Virus record (IMG/VR): IMGVR_UViG_3300037761_000271
Location: 22,486 to 86,485 of that record
Reading direction: 5' to 3' (one strand)
DNA from: a virus
Taxonomy: Duplodnaviria > Caudoviricetes
Length of the DNA: 64,000 nt
Shown here: piece after piece, positions 1 through 9,546 of the stretch
Position numbering within the stretch: the first letter of the stretch is position 1
How the letters are laid out: each line of letters begins with the position of its first letter
The notes under the pieces: model-generated
What the model was told of the DNA's origin: nothing
Databases searched by the model: none
What the model saw: the letters and a program-made list of their open reading frames with translations, nothing else
Translations under genes and position numbers: made by a program

Positions 1-780
1 CTTGCGGACAGGGTGGCGGCCATCGACACCGAGCGGGGCCGGCTGAGGGAGCACGCCCGCCGGTTCAAGTTCGACCACTTCGCACCCGAGCGGTACGACC
101 CCCGGGATCTGATCAAGCTTCTCGGGCAGGCCGGCGCGGCCGGCTACGACGGGGTGCTGGTCGACTCGCTGTCGCACTACTGGTTCGGCAGCGGCGGCGC
201 CCTTGAGTTCGTCGACACCCACACCAAGCCGGGCGGTAGCAAGTTCTCCAGCGGCTGGAACGAGTTCCGCCCGATCGAGAACGCGATGCTCGAAGCGCTG
301 CTGTCCTACCCCGGCCACGTCATCGTCACCATGCGCGTCAAGACCGCGTACGTGGTCGAGACCCTCCCCAATGGGAAGCAGAAGCCGACCAAGGTCGGGC
401 TTAAGCCCGAGCAGCGTGAAGGCATCGAGCACGAGTTTTCGATCATCGGAGACCTGTCCCGTGACCACGTCATGACGGTCACCAAGTCGACATGCGAGGA
501 CCTGATGGACGCGGAGATCACCAAGCCTGGCACGGAAACCGCGGCGATCATCGCCGAGTGGTGCTCAGACGGCACACCGACGCCGGACGCGATCGAGTAC
601 CGCGACCGGGCGCTGGAGGCGCACATGACCCAGCAGCAGCTGCGGGGCCTGTACGACGAGGCGAAGGGTCGCAAGATGCTCGGCGCGGCGATCGTGGACG
701 AGCACGGCGACGACACCACCCTCGGCGCGATGATTGTCCGGCTCGGTCGCGAGCGGCGACCTGTGGCGGTGGCGGCATGA
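1..780 (+). CDS. AAA-family ATPase (AAA_24/Sak4-like recombination protein), 5'-truncated by window edge
   Basis: Frame is open from base 1; IDTERG and Walker B-like VLVDSLSHYW motifs; GLKPEQREGIEHEF typical of phage AAA_24 proteins. Confidence 0.8.
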   Translation, partial: LADRVAAIDTERGRLREHARRFKFDHFAPERYDPRDLIKLLGQAGAAGYDGVLVDSLSHYWFGSGGALEFVDTHTKPGGSKFSSGWNEFRPIENAMLEALLSYPGHVIVTMRVKTAYVVETLPNGKQKPTKVGLKPEQREGIEHEFSIIGDLSRDHVMTVTKSTCEDLMDAEITKPGTETAAIIAEWCSDGTPTPDAIEYRDRALEAHMTQQQLRGLYDEAKGRKMLGAAIVDEHGDDTTLGAMIVRLGRERRPVAVAA

Positions 781-1295
781 CGGACATCCGCAGCGCGACC
801 CGCCTGGTGATGGCGACCCGGCTGATCGGTGACGTGGTGAAGGACGAGACCGACGCGGCGAAGGTCCTGTCCCGTGAGCTGATGCAGCAGACCGGCATAG
901 AGCGGGTGCGGGTCAATGACGAAGCCGGGAACAGCCTCGGAACCGTCTCCCTGACCGTCGGCCGGGTGTCGGCCCGGGTCACCGACGAGGCGGCGTTCAC
1001 CGCCTGGGTGCAGCGCAATCATCCCGACGAGACGGTGACGGTGGTGCGGGACTCGTTCCGGAAGAAGGTGCTCGACTCGGCCACCGGCAAGGCGGAGCAC
1101 GGGGACCCGACGGCAGTCGGCCCGGATGGGGAGGTGCTGCCCGGGGTGGAGGTGGTGCACGGGCTGCCGTACATCATGGTCCGGCCGACTGTGGAGGCGC
1201 GGGACCGGATGCGGACCATGCTCGCCAACTCCGGGCTGCTGGCTCTGGCTTCCGGTGCGACGCCGGCGGAGGAGGTGCCCGGCGATGCGGCGTAG
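777..1295 (+). CDS. Phage protein, Gp157/Gam-like neighbour of the recombinase
   Basis: ATGA overlap; VTDEAAFTAWVQRNHPDE motif; synteny. Confidence 0.5.
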   Translation: MTDIRSATRLVMATRLIGDVVKDETDAAKVLSRELMQQTGIERVRVNDEAGNSLGTVSLTVGRVSARVTDEAAFTAWVQRNHPDETVTVVRDSFRKKVLDSATGKAEHGDPTAVGPDGEVLPGVEVVHGLPYIMVRPTVEARDRMRTMLANSGLLALASGATPAEEVPGDAA

Positions 1296-1812
1296 CGCGA
1301 TGCCGCGCGGCACCAAGCCGCTGCGGACCCTCACCCCGCTGATCCGTCGCATCGGGCTGGTGCAGGTCGGGCGCAAGCGGCAGGCCGAGGCGGAGGCGGC
1401 CGGGAAGCCGGTCAAGCCGGCCCTGACCACCCGCCCGCGCGCGACGGTTCCGGCGGACAAGCGGGCAGCGCTGGCCAAGCGCTCCGGCGGGGTGTGCGAG
1501 ATCCAGTTGCCGGGCCTGCCGGGCCGCCCGGGCTGCACCTGGTGGGCCACCGACGCGTGCCACCGGCGCACCCAGGGCATGGGCGGCCGGTTCGGCGAAG
1601 CCAAGGAGGAGATCGACCAGCTTTCCGACGTGCTCGCCGGGTGCCGCACCTGCCACCGACACACGCACGATCAGCCGGCCGAGGCGATGGACGACGGGCT
1701 CCGGCTCAAGGACTGCATGGACCCGTTGGCCGAGCCGGTCCTGTACCGGGGAGAGCTGTCCTACCTGACCGACGACGGTCGGGTCCTGAGCTACGAGGAA
1801 GTGGGAGCCTGA
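1285..1812 (+). CDS. HNH-like zinc-binding endonuclease
   Basis: RSGGVCE..C...HRR...LAGCRTCHRHTH. Confidence 0.7.
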   Translation: MRRSAMPRGTKPLRTLTPLIRRIGLVQVGRKRQAEAEAAGKPVKPALTTRPRATVPADKRAALAKRSGGVCEIQLPGLPGRPGCTWWATDACHRRTQGMGGRFGEAKEEIDQLSDVLAGCRTCHRHTHDQPAEAMDDGLRLKDCMDPLAEPVLYRGELSYLTDDGRVLSYEEVGA

Positions 1813-2333
1813 TGGAGATCACTGTCAATGTCGACACGACGGGTATCGACCTGTCGACCCCGATCGGGCAACGGTACGGCGACGACGGGCAGGAGCCGCG
1901 CACTGTCGGGGACGAGGTTGTGCGCCAGCTTGTCGCCTCGATCACCCGGTCGGACGGCTACTCGGGGATTCCCGCGCGGCTGCGGGAGCTGCGCGACCAG
2001 GAGATCCGCGAGCAGATCCGTCCCGTCATCGCTTCGGCGGTCGCGGAGCCGTTGCAGCGCACCAACGAATACGGCCGGCCGGTTGGCGACTCCAAGCCGC
2101 TGGCCGAGCTGATCGTCGATGAGGTCCGGTCCTACCTGACCCGCCGCGCCGACACCTACGACCGTAGCGGCCGGAGCGTGGTCCAGAAGCTGATCGCCGA
2201 CGAAATTGATCGGGTGATCACCGGCGAGCTGAAAAGGGCGATCGCCGACGAGAAGGCCAAGGTCGTCGCTGCGGTGCGGGCGAAGGCTGCCGACCTGATC
2301 GCCCAGGCGGTCAAGGAAGGCGTGGGCCGCTGA
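1812..2333 (+). CDS. Hypothetical phage protein
   Basis: TGATG coupling, GC3-rich coding. Confidence 0.65.
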   Translation: MEITVNVDTTGIDLSTPIGQRYGDDGQEPRTVGDEVVRQLVASITRSDGYSGIPARLRELRDQEIREQIRPVIASAVAEPLQRTNEYGRPVGDSKPLAELIVDEVRSYLTRRADTYDRSGRSVVQKLIADEIDRVITGELKRAIADEKAKVVAAVRAKAADLIAQAVKEGVGR

Positions 2334-2788
2334 TGGGCCAGCCGACGATCACCTGGGGTCCCGGCGACCTGCGCCCGGACTCCCCGGAGGATCTGGCCTA
2401 CCGGGACGGTGAGGCGCAGCGGCAGGCGGAGGTGGTCGAGTGCGCAGACGACCGCGGCCACGCCTGGTGGCTGGAGCTGGAACACCCCGAAGACGGCTCC
2501 GGTATCAGCCTCTCGTGCGAGCACTGCCCGGCAGGGTTCGACGACCTGTACCCGGATGGGGTGGACGCGGTGAACGCCGACGTGGCCGGGGTGGAGATCG
2601 CCGCCGGCTGCCACAACTCGCCGGTGCCGCTGCTGATCCCCGTCGACTGCGAGGTGCGCACCACCCACATCTCCAACCCGATCGTCGGTGAGGACTGGGA
2701 TGTGGAGTTCACCGTCGCGGCGCGTGGTCCGGCCCGGCCGGTGATTTGGCCGCCCAACCAGAGCAACGACAACAGCCAGGAGGGCTGA
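2333..2788 (+). CDS. Hypothetical protein
   Basis: Coupled ORF, CxxC. Confidence 0.6.
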   Translation: MGQPTITWGPGDLRPDSPEDLAYRDGEAQRQAEVVECADDRGHAWWLELEHPEDGSGISLSCEHCPAGFDDLYPDGVDAVNADVAGVEIAAGCHNSPVPLLIPVDCEVRTTHISNPIVGEDWDVEFTVAARGPARPVIWPPNQSNDNSQEG

Positions 2789-2789
2789 C

Positions 2790-3116
2790 ATGGCAGCGAA
2801 GACCAGGCCCATGCGGGTGATCCATTTCGCGGAGATCGAGCAGCGGTTCCGGCTGGTGCCGCTGATCATGGGGAAGGTTCACCCGGCGGTGGGCAAGGAC
2901 GAGCGGGGCGAGGGCTACTTCGCCCGGGTCCTGGTGTCATCCATCCCGGGCACTTACGGCGGTTCGCTTGACCGGTACACGTACTTCCGGTTCGACAACG
3001 ACGGCACCATCGCCGAGGCACCACGCGGGTTTGCGAAGGACTACCGGCCGGGCCGGGTTCCGGTGGAGGAGCTGGACGCGGCCGTGGCCAAGTACGCGAA
3101 AGCGGTGGTCCGGTGA
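2790..3116 (+). CDS. Hypothetical protein
   Basis: RBS GGAGG, operon position. Confidence 0.6.
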   Translation: MAAKTRPMRVIHFAEIEQRFRLVPLIMGKVHPAVGKDERGEGYFARVLVSSIPGTYGGSLDRYTYFRFDNDGTIAEAPRGFAKDYRPGRVPVEELDAAVAKYAKAVVR

Positions 3117-3322
3117 GTCGGCGGGCTCAGGCCGCCGTTGTCGTGGCGGCGTTGCTGGTCAGCCTGACCGGGTGCAATCAGAAGCCGGCCGGCGATCCGG
3201 GCGGCCCGAAGGGGTCGTTCAGGGTGGCGACCGTGGACGTGGATGGCCGGCAGGTGGTGTGCATCACCTGGGCCGATTCCTACAAGGGCGGTATCTCGTG
3301 TGACTGGGAGGGGGCACGCTGA
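3113..3322 (+). CDS. Small lipoprotein
   Basis: Signal peptide with lipobox-like LTGC. Confidence 0.6.
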   Translation: MSRRAQAAVVVAALLVSLTGCNQKPAGDPGGPKGSFRVATVDVDGRQVVCITWADSYKGGISCDWEGAR

Positions 3323-3693
3323 TGGCCAGGGTGGAGAGCGCCACCTTCCCCGCGTCGGTGCCGACCGTGGAGCCGGTGCCGTGCCCGGCCGGTGACAACT
3401 GCCTGGGCCACCCGGCACTACCCGAGGGCTGGACTTCCTGGCAGGAAGCGCTGCACCGGGACGACAACTTCGCCACCTGGTCTACATGGCACCGGACCGA
3501 GCCGCTGGTGCGGGCGGAGTCGCTTGGCCACCAGGTGGAGTGGGACCCGCCGGCCGCGCTGACCACCGGCCGCCGCTGGACATGCAAAACGTGCGGCGAA
3601 GCGGTGCTGATCTATCACAACAACATCTACGGCGGGGCCATGGAGCGGACCTGCCAGGAGTCGCTGGAGTTACGGAGGGAGCGCCGTGGCTGA
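3322..3693 (+). CDS. Hypothetical protein
   Basis: Coupled ORF, CxxC. Confidence 0.55.
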   Translation: MARVESATFPASVPTVEPVPCPAGDNCLGHPALPEGWTSWQEALHRDDNFATWSTWHRTEPLVRAESLGHQVEWDPPAALTTGRRWTCKTCGEAVLIYHNNIYGGAMERTCQESLELRRERRG

Positions 3694-3958
3694 GTGGGAG
3701 CGCCGGGAGCAGCACCTGGTGACCGTCACCGGCCCGGCGGTGGCCGACGCGGACGACGTGATCCGGGAGCTGCACGCCGCGATGTCGGAGTACCGGCAGA
3801 TCGCCGCTGAACCACCGAACACGCAGGTGCCGCCTGGTGCAGTCACCCTGTCCGCTGCCGGTGGGGTGATCACCGTACGGGTGGATCACGTGGAGTCGGC
3901 AGATGTGCCGGACGTGGAGGAGCCGCCGGAGTTGCGGCCGGGGGTGCCCGGTGGGTAG
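3686..3958 (+). CDS. Hypothetical protein
   Basis: Overlapping operon ORF. Confidence 0.5.
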   Translation: MAEWERREQHLVTVTGPAVADADDVIRELHAAMSEYRQIAAEPPNTQVPPGAVTLSAAGGVITVRVDHVESADVPDVEEPPELRPGVPGG

Positions 3959-4172
3959 GCGGCTCGTCCTGGACACCGGCGCCGGGGCGCTGGTGATCGA
4001 GGCTGGGGAGCGGCCGGGGGAGCTGCTGGTGTGGCTGGGCCCGGACGACGGCCGGCGGGTGGCGCTCGCCCCAGGGCTGGTGCTGGAGCTGTGCGGCTGG
4101 CTGGAGCGGGAGCAGGTGCTGGCGCAGGCCCGGGAGGCGTTCCAGGGCAGCTTCCACGGCGGTGCGGCGTGA
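3951..4172 (+). CDS. Hypothetical protein
   Basis: GTG start overlapping the upstream stop. Confidence 0.5.
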   Translation: MGRRLVLDTGAGALVIEAGERPGELLVWLGPDDGRRVALAPGLVLELCGWLEREQVLAQAREAFQGSFHGGAA

Positions 4173-4555
4173 ACGGTGTGGTGGTGTGGCCGGTGCGGAT
4201 GCGCCGCTGGTCCCCGACCGCCGGCTGGGTGTGGGCGCTGTGGGCGTGGACCGGCCGGGATCCGCTGGCCGTGACGGTGGAAGTGGCGCTCGGCTCGGAG
4301 TGGACGCTGGCCCGTGCGCTGCTGCGGCAGGGGCTGAGCAGGCCGGCGGGGCTGGGTGCGGTGCAGGTGTTCCCGCACCGGGGCGCCGTCGCCGTCGGGC
4401 TGTACGGGCCGGGTGTGCTGACCCTGTACACCGCCCGCCGGCGGGACCTGGGCGGGTTCCTCGCCGCCACCTACCTGGTGGTGCCGGACGGGGAGGAGCG
4501 GGTGGATGTGGACGCGGCCATCGCCCGCGTGCTGGGGGAGGTGACCCGTGGTTAA
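4169..4555 (+). CDS. SsgA-family (SALP) sporulation/cell-division regulator
   Basis: DPLAV..EWTLARALLRQGLSRPAGLGAVQVFP..DLGGFLAATYLVVPDGEE matches the SsgA-like pattern. Confidence 0.8.
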   Translation: MNGVVVWPVRMRRWSPTAGWVWALWAWTGRDPLAVTVEVALGSEWTLARALLRQGLSRPAGLGAVQVFPHRGAVAVGLYGPGVLTLYTARRRDLGGFLAATYLVVPDGEERVDVDAAIARVLGEVTRG

Positions 4556-4988
4556 GGAGTGGCGGATCGCTGCCCTATGCCAGTACACCGATCCGGAGAT
4601 TTTCTTCGTCGATAAAGGTGGCTCGGTCCAGCCGGCCCTGCGGGTCTGCGGCCGGTGCGAGGGCTGGGTGCGGCAGGCGTGCCTGGCCGACGCGCTCGGG
4701 GTGGAGGCCCGGGTCGGGGGGAAGCCGTACGGCGTCCGGGGTGGGAAGACCGCCCTGCAGCGGGAAGCCCTACTGAAGGAGCGGCGTAGCCAGCCGGTGC
4801 CGGAGTCGCCGACGGTGGCGCGGGTGCGCCGGCTGGCGGCGGCGGGGATGCGGGACCACGAGATCGCCCGGCGGACCGGCAAGTCGCCGAAGGCGATCAA
4901 CACGCTCCGTCGCCGCAAGCACATCCCAGCTGGCCAGCCGACCGGCGGCGGGCGGCTGCGGGACACCGTACGGGCGGGTGTGCTGTGA
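4548..4988 (+). CDS. WhiB-family transcription factor with C-terminal HTH
   Basis: C..DPEIFF..C-x2-C..C, G(V)RGG turn, then GMRDHEIARRTGKS HTH. Confidence 0.88.
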   Translation: MVKEWRIAALCQYTDPEIFFVDKGGSVQPALRVCGRCEGWVRQACLADALGVEARVGGKPYGVRGGKTALQREALLKERRSQPVPESPTVARVRRLAAAGMRDHEIARRTGKSPKAINTLRRRKHIPAGQPTGGGRLRDTVRAGVL

Positions 4989-5350
4989 CTGGGCTGCCGA
5001 TGAGCGAGGACGAGCTGGTGACCAGCGTGTGTGACCTGGCCGCGACGGTCGGTCTGCGGGTGGCCCACTTCCGGCCGGCCCGCACCAACCGCGGCTGGCG
5101 CACACCGTTGCAGGGCAACGGTGGGGCCGGGTTCCCGGACACGGTGATCTGGGGGCCGGGCGGGCTGCTGCTGCGGGAGCTGAAACAGGACCGGGCCTAC
5201 CCGTCGCAGGTGCAGCGGCAGCGGGCTGACGAGTTGCGGGCCGCCGGCGCCGACGTGGGCGTGTGGAAGCCACGTGACTGGCACTCGGGGCGCATCCATG
5301 ACGAGCTGCGGGCGATCAGCCGCTACGCGGACAGGGGGAAACGTGTCTGA
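4985..5350 (+). CDS. VRR-NUC-like nuclease
   Basis: GFPDTV..RELK..Q..GADVGVWKP (PD-(D/E)xK). Confidence 0.8.
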   Translation: MTGLPMSEDELVTSVCDLAATVGLRVAHFRPARTNRGWRTPLQGNGGAGFPDTVIWGPGGLLLRELKQDRAYPSQVQRQRADELRAAGADVGVWKPRDWHSGRIHDELRAISRYADRGKRV

Positions 5351-5538
5351 GACGACCGAGCAGGCCGAGCCCGTGGTCCGGTTCACCCTGGCCCCCACCA
5401 GCGGGGAGAGCGGCCGGACCGGTCCGCTGCTGGTGGTGCCGCTGCCCACGGACGCCCGGCTGGTCACCGCGGTGATGCTGGCCGCCTCCGGCTGGTGGGA
5501 GCACCGCTACGGCCGGGCAAGCGAGCCCTGGAGGTGCC

Positions 5539-6804
5539 ATGCTGACCGGTCGTAGGTACCTGCTCGCGTTGACACCTGAGCAGGAGCAGTACGCCGAGCA
5601 GGTCGCCGGGATCTGTCGGGCGGTGTGGAACACCGGCCTGGAGCAACGCCGCGTCTACCGTCGGCGAGGTGCGTTTGTCGGCTACGCGCAGCAGTGCCGC
5701 GAGTTGGCGGGGGCGAAGCGGGAGCCGGGTTTGGAGTGGTTGGCCGACGCGCCGAGCCACTGCCTTCAGCAAACGTTGCGGGATCTCGACCGGGCGTGCC
5801 GGACCCATGGTACGTGGAAGGTGCGGTGGCGGTCGAAGTCTCGCACGGCACCGTCGTTCCGGTTTCCCGAAGGACCCGAGATCATCGTTGAGCGCGTGAA
5901 TCGCCGCTGGGGTCGGGTTAAGTTGCGGAGATTCGGTTGGGTGCGGTTCCGCTGGACCCGCACGCTCGGCGGCCAGATCCGCAACGCGACTGTGCTGAGG
6001 GACGGTGGCCGCTGGTGCATCTCGTTCTGCATCGAGGACGGTGTCGAGCCGGCCACGCCGAACGGGCATCCGCCGGTGGGTGTCGACCGGGGTGTGGTTG
6101 TGGCGGTGGCCACGTCCGACGGCCAGCTGCGGGACCGCGAGGTGGCCACATCCGGCGAGGCGATGCGGCTGCGGCGGTTGCACCAGCAGCTTGCCCGGTC
6201 GCGGCGGGTGCATGGCCGTAACCGTGCCTCCCGGCGACGGGACGCGACCCGACGGAAGCTGGCCGCGCTGCATTCCCACATCCGGGCGCGTCGCACCGAC
6301 TTCAACGCCTGCACGGCTCACCGCCTGACCCGAGACCACGGCCTGATCGTCGTCGAGGACCTGCGGGTTAGGAACATGACCCGATCCGCCAAGGGCACCA
6401 TCGAGGCGCCCGGCACCAATGTTCGGCAGAAGGCCAGCCTGAACCGATCGGTCTTGTCGAAGGGATGGGGGCAGCTAGTCGCCCGGCTGGAGCACAAGGC
6501 CCGGTACCACGGCTCGACCGTGGTCAAGGTCAACCCTGCATACACGTCGCAGCGTTGCTCCGCCTGTGGGCATGTGGACCCGAAGTCCCGCGAGAGCCAA
6601 GCGGTCTTCCGGTGCACAGCCTGCGGGTATACGGACAACGCGGACGTGAACGCGGCTAAGAACATCCTTGCCGCAGGGCTTGCGGTGACAGGGCGTGGAG
6701 ACCTCGCCGTTGGGCGGTCCGCGAAGCGCCAACTACCCAGAGGGAGCACGGCATTGAACCGTAACCCTGGGAACCCTTTGCCTTCAGGCGGGGGTGGACG
6801 TCAA
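5539..6804 (+). mobile_element. IS200/IS605 (IS1341-like) remnant: tnpB plus right end, no tnpA or left end seen
   Basis: Right-end hairpin GGGAACCCTTTGCCTTCAGGCGGGGGTGGACGTCAA at 6769-6804. Confidence 0.7.
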
Positions 6805-6966
6805 GAGCAGCTGTTCAGGGAGCAGGCAGCGGCAACCTCCAACGAAACGCCGGTTTCGTTGGAGGTTGAGCCCGAACGTGCAACAGACATTGGGGGTGGG
6901 GACAGGCACTCCGCCGTGGAGGACCAGCCGCCGCTCCCAGACCAGACGGGAGCCGATCGTGGCTGA
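5539..6966 (+). CDS. tnpB: TnpB RNA-guided endonuclease #1; ORF reads through the right end
   Basis: RuvC D (VGVDRG), E (VVEDL), D (NADVNAA); CxxC..CxxC zinc ribbon. Confidence 0.93.
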   Translation: MLTGRRYLLALTPEQEQYAEQVAGICRAVWNTGLEQRRVYRRRGAFVGYAQQCRELAGAKREPGLEWLADAPSHCLQQTLRDLDRACRTHGTWKVRWRSKSRTAPSFRFPEGPEIIVERVNRRWGRVKLRRFGWVRFRWTRTLGGQIRNATVLRDGGRWCISFCIEDGVEPATPNGHPPVGVDRGVVVAVATSDGQLRDREVATSGEAMRLRRLHQQLARSRRVHGRNRASRRRDATRRKLAALHSHIRARRTDFNACTAHRLTRDHGLIVVEDLRVRNMTRSAKGTIEAPGTNVRQKASLNRSVLSKGWGQLVARLEHKARYHGSTVVKVNPAYTSQRCSACGHVDPKSRESQAVFRCTACGYTDNADVNAAKNILAAGLAVTGRGDLAVGRSAKRQLPRGSTALNRNPGNPLPSGGGGRQEQLFREQAAATSNETPVSLEVEPERATDIGGGDRHSAVEDQPPLPDQTGADRG

Positions 6967-8017
6967 GCACAGCAGCATCGAGTGGACGGAAGCGACCCTC
7001 AACGTCGTCACCGGCTGCACGAAGGTCAGCGATGGGTGCATCCACTGTTACATCGAGCGGACCCCACCGTTCCGCAAGGATGGGCGCCGGTTCGACAAGC
7101 CGGGAATTGGCGGCTCGACTGGGCTGGTGTTCCACCCGGAGCGGCTGGTGCTGCCGATGCGGTGGCGAAAGCCCAGGCGGATCTTCGTAAACAGCCTCAG
7201 CGACTTGTGGCATGACGATGTGCCGGACGGGCTGATCGCCGCCTTGTGGTTCATGATGGGCCAGTCGGCCGGGATGATCCCGGAGCGGTACCGCGGCCAC
7301 ACCTTCCAGATCCTCACGAAGCGGCCGGCCCGGATGCGGGCGTGGCTGCGCAGGTGGGCCGACACCGGTGACCCGGCGATCCAGCCGATGGACCCGGCGG
7401 CCAGCCGTTGCGGCCGGGCCGAGCTGGTTGAGGCGGCGGCGGAGTATCTGGGCGGGCCGACCGCCTACGACTGGATGGATGGCCCCCGGTACTGGCCCAC
7501 CGCCCTACCTGGTGTGTGGCTCGGCGTATCGGCCGAGGACCAGCGGTCGGCCGACAACCGGATTCCGATCCTGAATGAATGCCCGGCGGTGGTGCGGTTT
7601 GTGTCCGCCGAGCCGCTGCTGGGGCCGGTCGACCTGACTCACCACCTGTCGTTCGGTCACTGCCCCGAGCATGACTTTCCGGGCGGGTTTTGCGTGCAGC
7701 GCCAGCATCCCGGCGTGCATCACCTGAACTGGGTGATCGCCGGCGGGGAGAGCGGTCCGGGGGCGCGGCCGGCCCACCCGGACTGGTTCCAGTCACTGCG
7801 TGATCAGTGCCGGCAGGCGGGCGTGGCGTTCCACTTCAAGCAGTGGGGGGAGTGGGTCTACCGCAACCAAATGCCGGAGGAAACGTACGTCCAGCTCGAC
7901 CAGGCGATCAACCTAGCCCAGGCCCACCCCGAACCGTTCCGAGTGGGGAAGAAACGCGCTGGCCGGCTGCTGGACGGGCGCACCTGGGATGAGTACCCGG
8001 AGGTGTCCCATGCCTGA
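6959..8017 (+). CDS. Phage Gp37/Gp68 (DUF5131) radical-SAM-like protein
   Basis: SIEWTEATLNVVTGCTKVSDGCIHCY; FVNSLSDL; FVSAEPLLGPVDL; WVIAGGESGPGARP. Confidence 0.92.
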   Translation: MAEHSSIEWTEATLNVVTGCTKVSDGCIHCYIERTPPFRKDGRRFDKPGIGGSTGLVFHPERLVLPMRWRKPRRIFVNSLSDLWHDDVPDGLIAALWFMMGQSAGMIPERYRGHTFQILTKRPARMRAWLRRWADTGDPAIQPMDPAASRCGRAELVEAAAEYLGGPTAYDWMDGPRYWPTALPGVWLGVSAEDQRSADNRIPILNECPAVVRFVSAEPLLGPVDLTHHLSFGHCPEHDFPGGFCVQRQHPGVHHLNWVIAGGESGPGARPAHPDWFQSLRDQCRQAGVAFHFKQWGEWVYRNQMPEETYVQLDQAINLAQAHPEPFRVGKKRAGRLLDGRTWDEYPEVSHA

Positions 8018-8018
8018 C

Positions 8019-9310
8019 CGGGATGTAGCGCGCAGGCTCCTGGCCTTCAGGCCGGTGATAGCGCACCCATTCCGTGATGACAGGACCACGTGCTATTCTG
8101 TCAACCATGTCGGGTCGGGTGGTGAGGCGGGCGTACAAGTACCGCTTCTACCCCACCCCCGCGCAGGCCGAGCAGCTGGCCAAAACGTTCGGGTGCGTCC
8201 GCTATGTCTACAACCGGGCATTGGCGGAGCGGTCGAGGGCATGGACGCAAGAGCAGCGGCGGGTCACGCATGCCGAGTCCGACCGGTGGCTAACCGCATG
8301 GAAACGGGACCCGGATACCGGGTGGCTCACCGAGCCGTCGAAGGGGCCGTTGCAGGCCACGCTGCGGCACCTGCAAACCGCGTACGTGAACTTCTGGCAG
8401 AAGCGAGCCAGGTACCCGACGTTCAAACGGAAGGGCAGGACACACGACTCGGCCACCTACTTCCGCGGCTGCTTCACCTACCGGGACGACAAGGTCACAC
8501 TGGCGAAGCAGGACCGGCCGCTGGACATCGTGTGGTCCCGCCCGCTGCCGGAGGGTGCGGTCCCGTCGCAGGTCACGGTGTCGCGGAACTCACGCGGCCA
8601 GTACCACATCTCGATCCTGGTCGAGACCACCGTTACGCCGCTGCCGACGACGGGTTCAACGGTGGGCGTGGACGTGGGGATCACCAGCCTGGTCACTCTG
8701 TCGAGCGGGGAGAAGGTCACCAACCCGCGCCACGAGAAGTGGGACCGGGCCAAGCTGCGACGCGCCCAGCGGGCGCTAGCACGGAAGCAGAAGGGATCGG
8801 CGAACCGGGCGAAAGCCAAGCTCCGGGTCGCCCGCATCCACGGACGGATCGCCGACCGCAGGCGGGACGCCCTGCACAAGCTCACCACGAGACTGGTACG
8901 CCAGCACGACGCGATCACTATCGAGGATCTGTCGGTGCGGAACATGGTGCGCAACCACAGCCTGGCCCGAGCGATTTCGGACGCATCGTGGTCGGAGCTG
9001 CGGCGGATGTTGGAGTACAAGGCCGACTGGTACGGCCGGAAGGTGATAGCGATCGACCGCTGGTACCCGTCCAGCAAGACCTGCTCGGCGTGCGGCGTGA
9101 TCGTGGAGAATCTGCCGCTGGGGGTGCGGGAGTGGACGTGCCGCTGCGGCGCGGTCCACGATCGAGACGTGAACGCGGCCAAGGTCATACACGCGGCGGG
9201 GCTCGCCGTGTCTGCCTGCGGAGGCTGAGTGAGACCGCCCCGCACTTAGTGCGGGGAGGCGTTGGCCGATGAACCAGGAATCTCCCTGCCTTCAGGCGGG
9301 AGAGCGTCAC
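8019..9310 (+). mobile_element. Complete non-autonomous IS605-type element (left end, tnpB, right end) inserted after CTGAC
   Basis: Left hairpin GGCTCCTGGCCTTCAGGCCGG; right hairpin TCTCCCTGCCTTCAGGCGGGAGA-GCGTCAC; removing it restores ATG CCT GAC|CAG CAT CAC in frame. Confidence 0.8.
8107..9228 (+). CDS. tnpB: TnpB RNA-guided endonuclease #2
   Basis: RAYKYRFYPT HTH; VGVDVG, TIEDL, DRDVNAA; zinc ribbon; leaderless promoter TGcTATTCT-7 nt-ATG. Confidence 0.95.
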   Translation: MSGRVVRRAYKYRFYPTPAQAEQLAKTFGCVRYVYNRALAERSRAWTQEQRRVTHAESDRWLTAWKRDPDTGWLTEPSKGPLQATLRHLQTAYVNFWQKRARYPTFKRKGRTHDSATYFRGCFTYRDDKVTLAKQDRPLDIVWSRPLPEGAVPSQVTVSRNSRGQYHISILVETTVTPLPTTGSTVGVDVGITSLVTLSSGEKVTNPRHEKWDRAKLRRAQRALARKQKGSANRAKAKLRVARIHGRIADRRRDALHKLTTRLVRQHDAITIEDLSVRNMVRNHSLARAISDASWSELRRMLEYKADWYGRKVIAIDRWYPSSKTCSACGVIVENLPLGVREWTCRCGAVHDRDVNAAKVIHAAGLAVSACGG

Positions 9311-9546
9311 CAGCATCACGTGTCGACGGACTGGTTTCGCCGCCGCGGCGGCTGGGCGTGGTGGTGTTCCTGTCTGACCGACGGTGAGGGGGTGTACCCG
9401 GACGGGGACGGTGCCCGCCGGTCCGGGGCCCGGCATCAGGCCGAGCGGGTGGCTGAGGCGTTGGCCCACGGCGCACCCCAGGTTGCAGCCGCTGCCGGGC
9501 TTGTAGGTGCGTGGGATGCCGGTAGCCCACAAGGCGGTGACGGGAA

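Noticed and set aside
3482-5467. Long antisense ORFs (also 36732-39197, 49758-51110, 51133-52596, 52765-54270)
   Set aside because: Shadow ORFs of high-GC3 sense genes, Arg/Pro-rich and without motifs.
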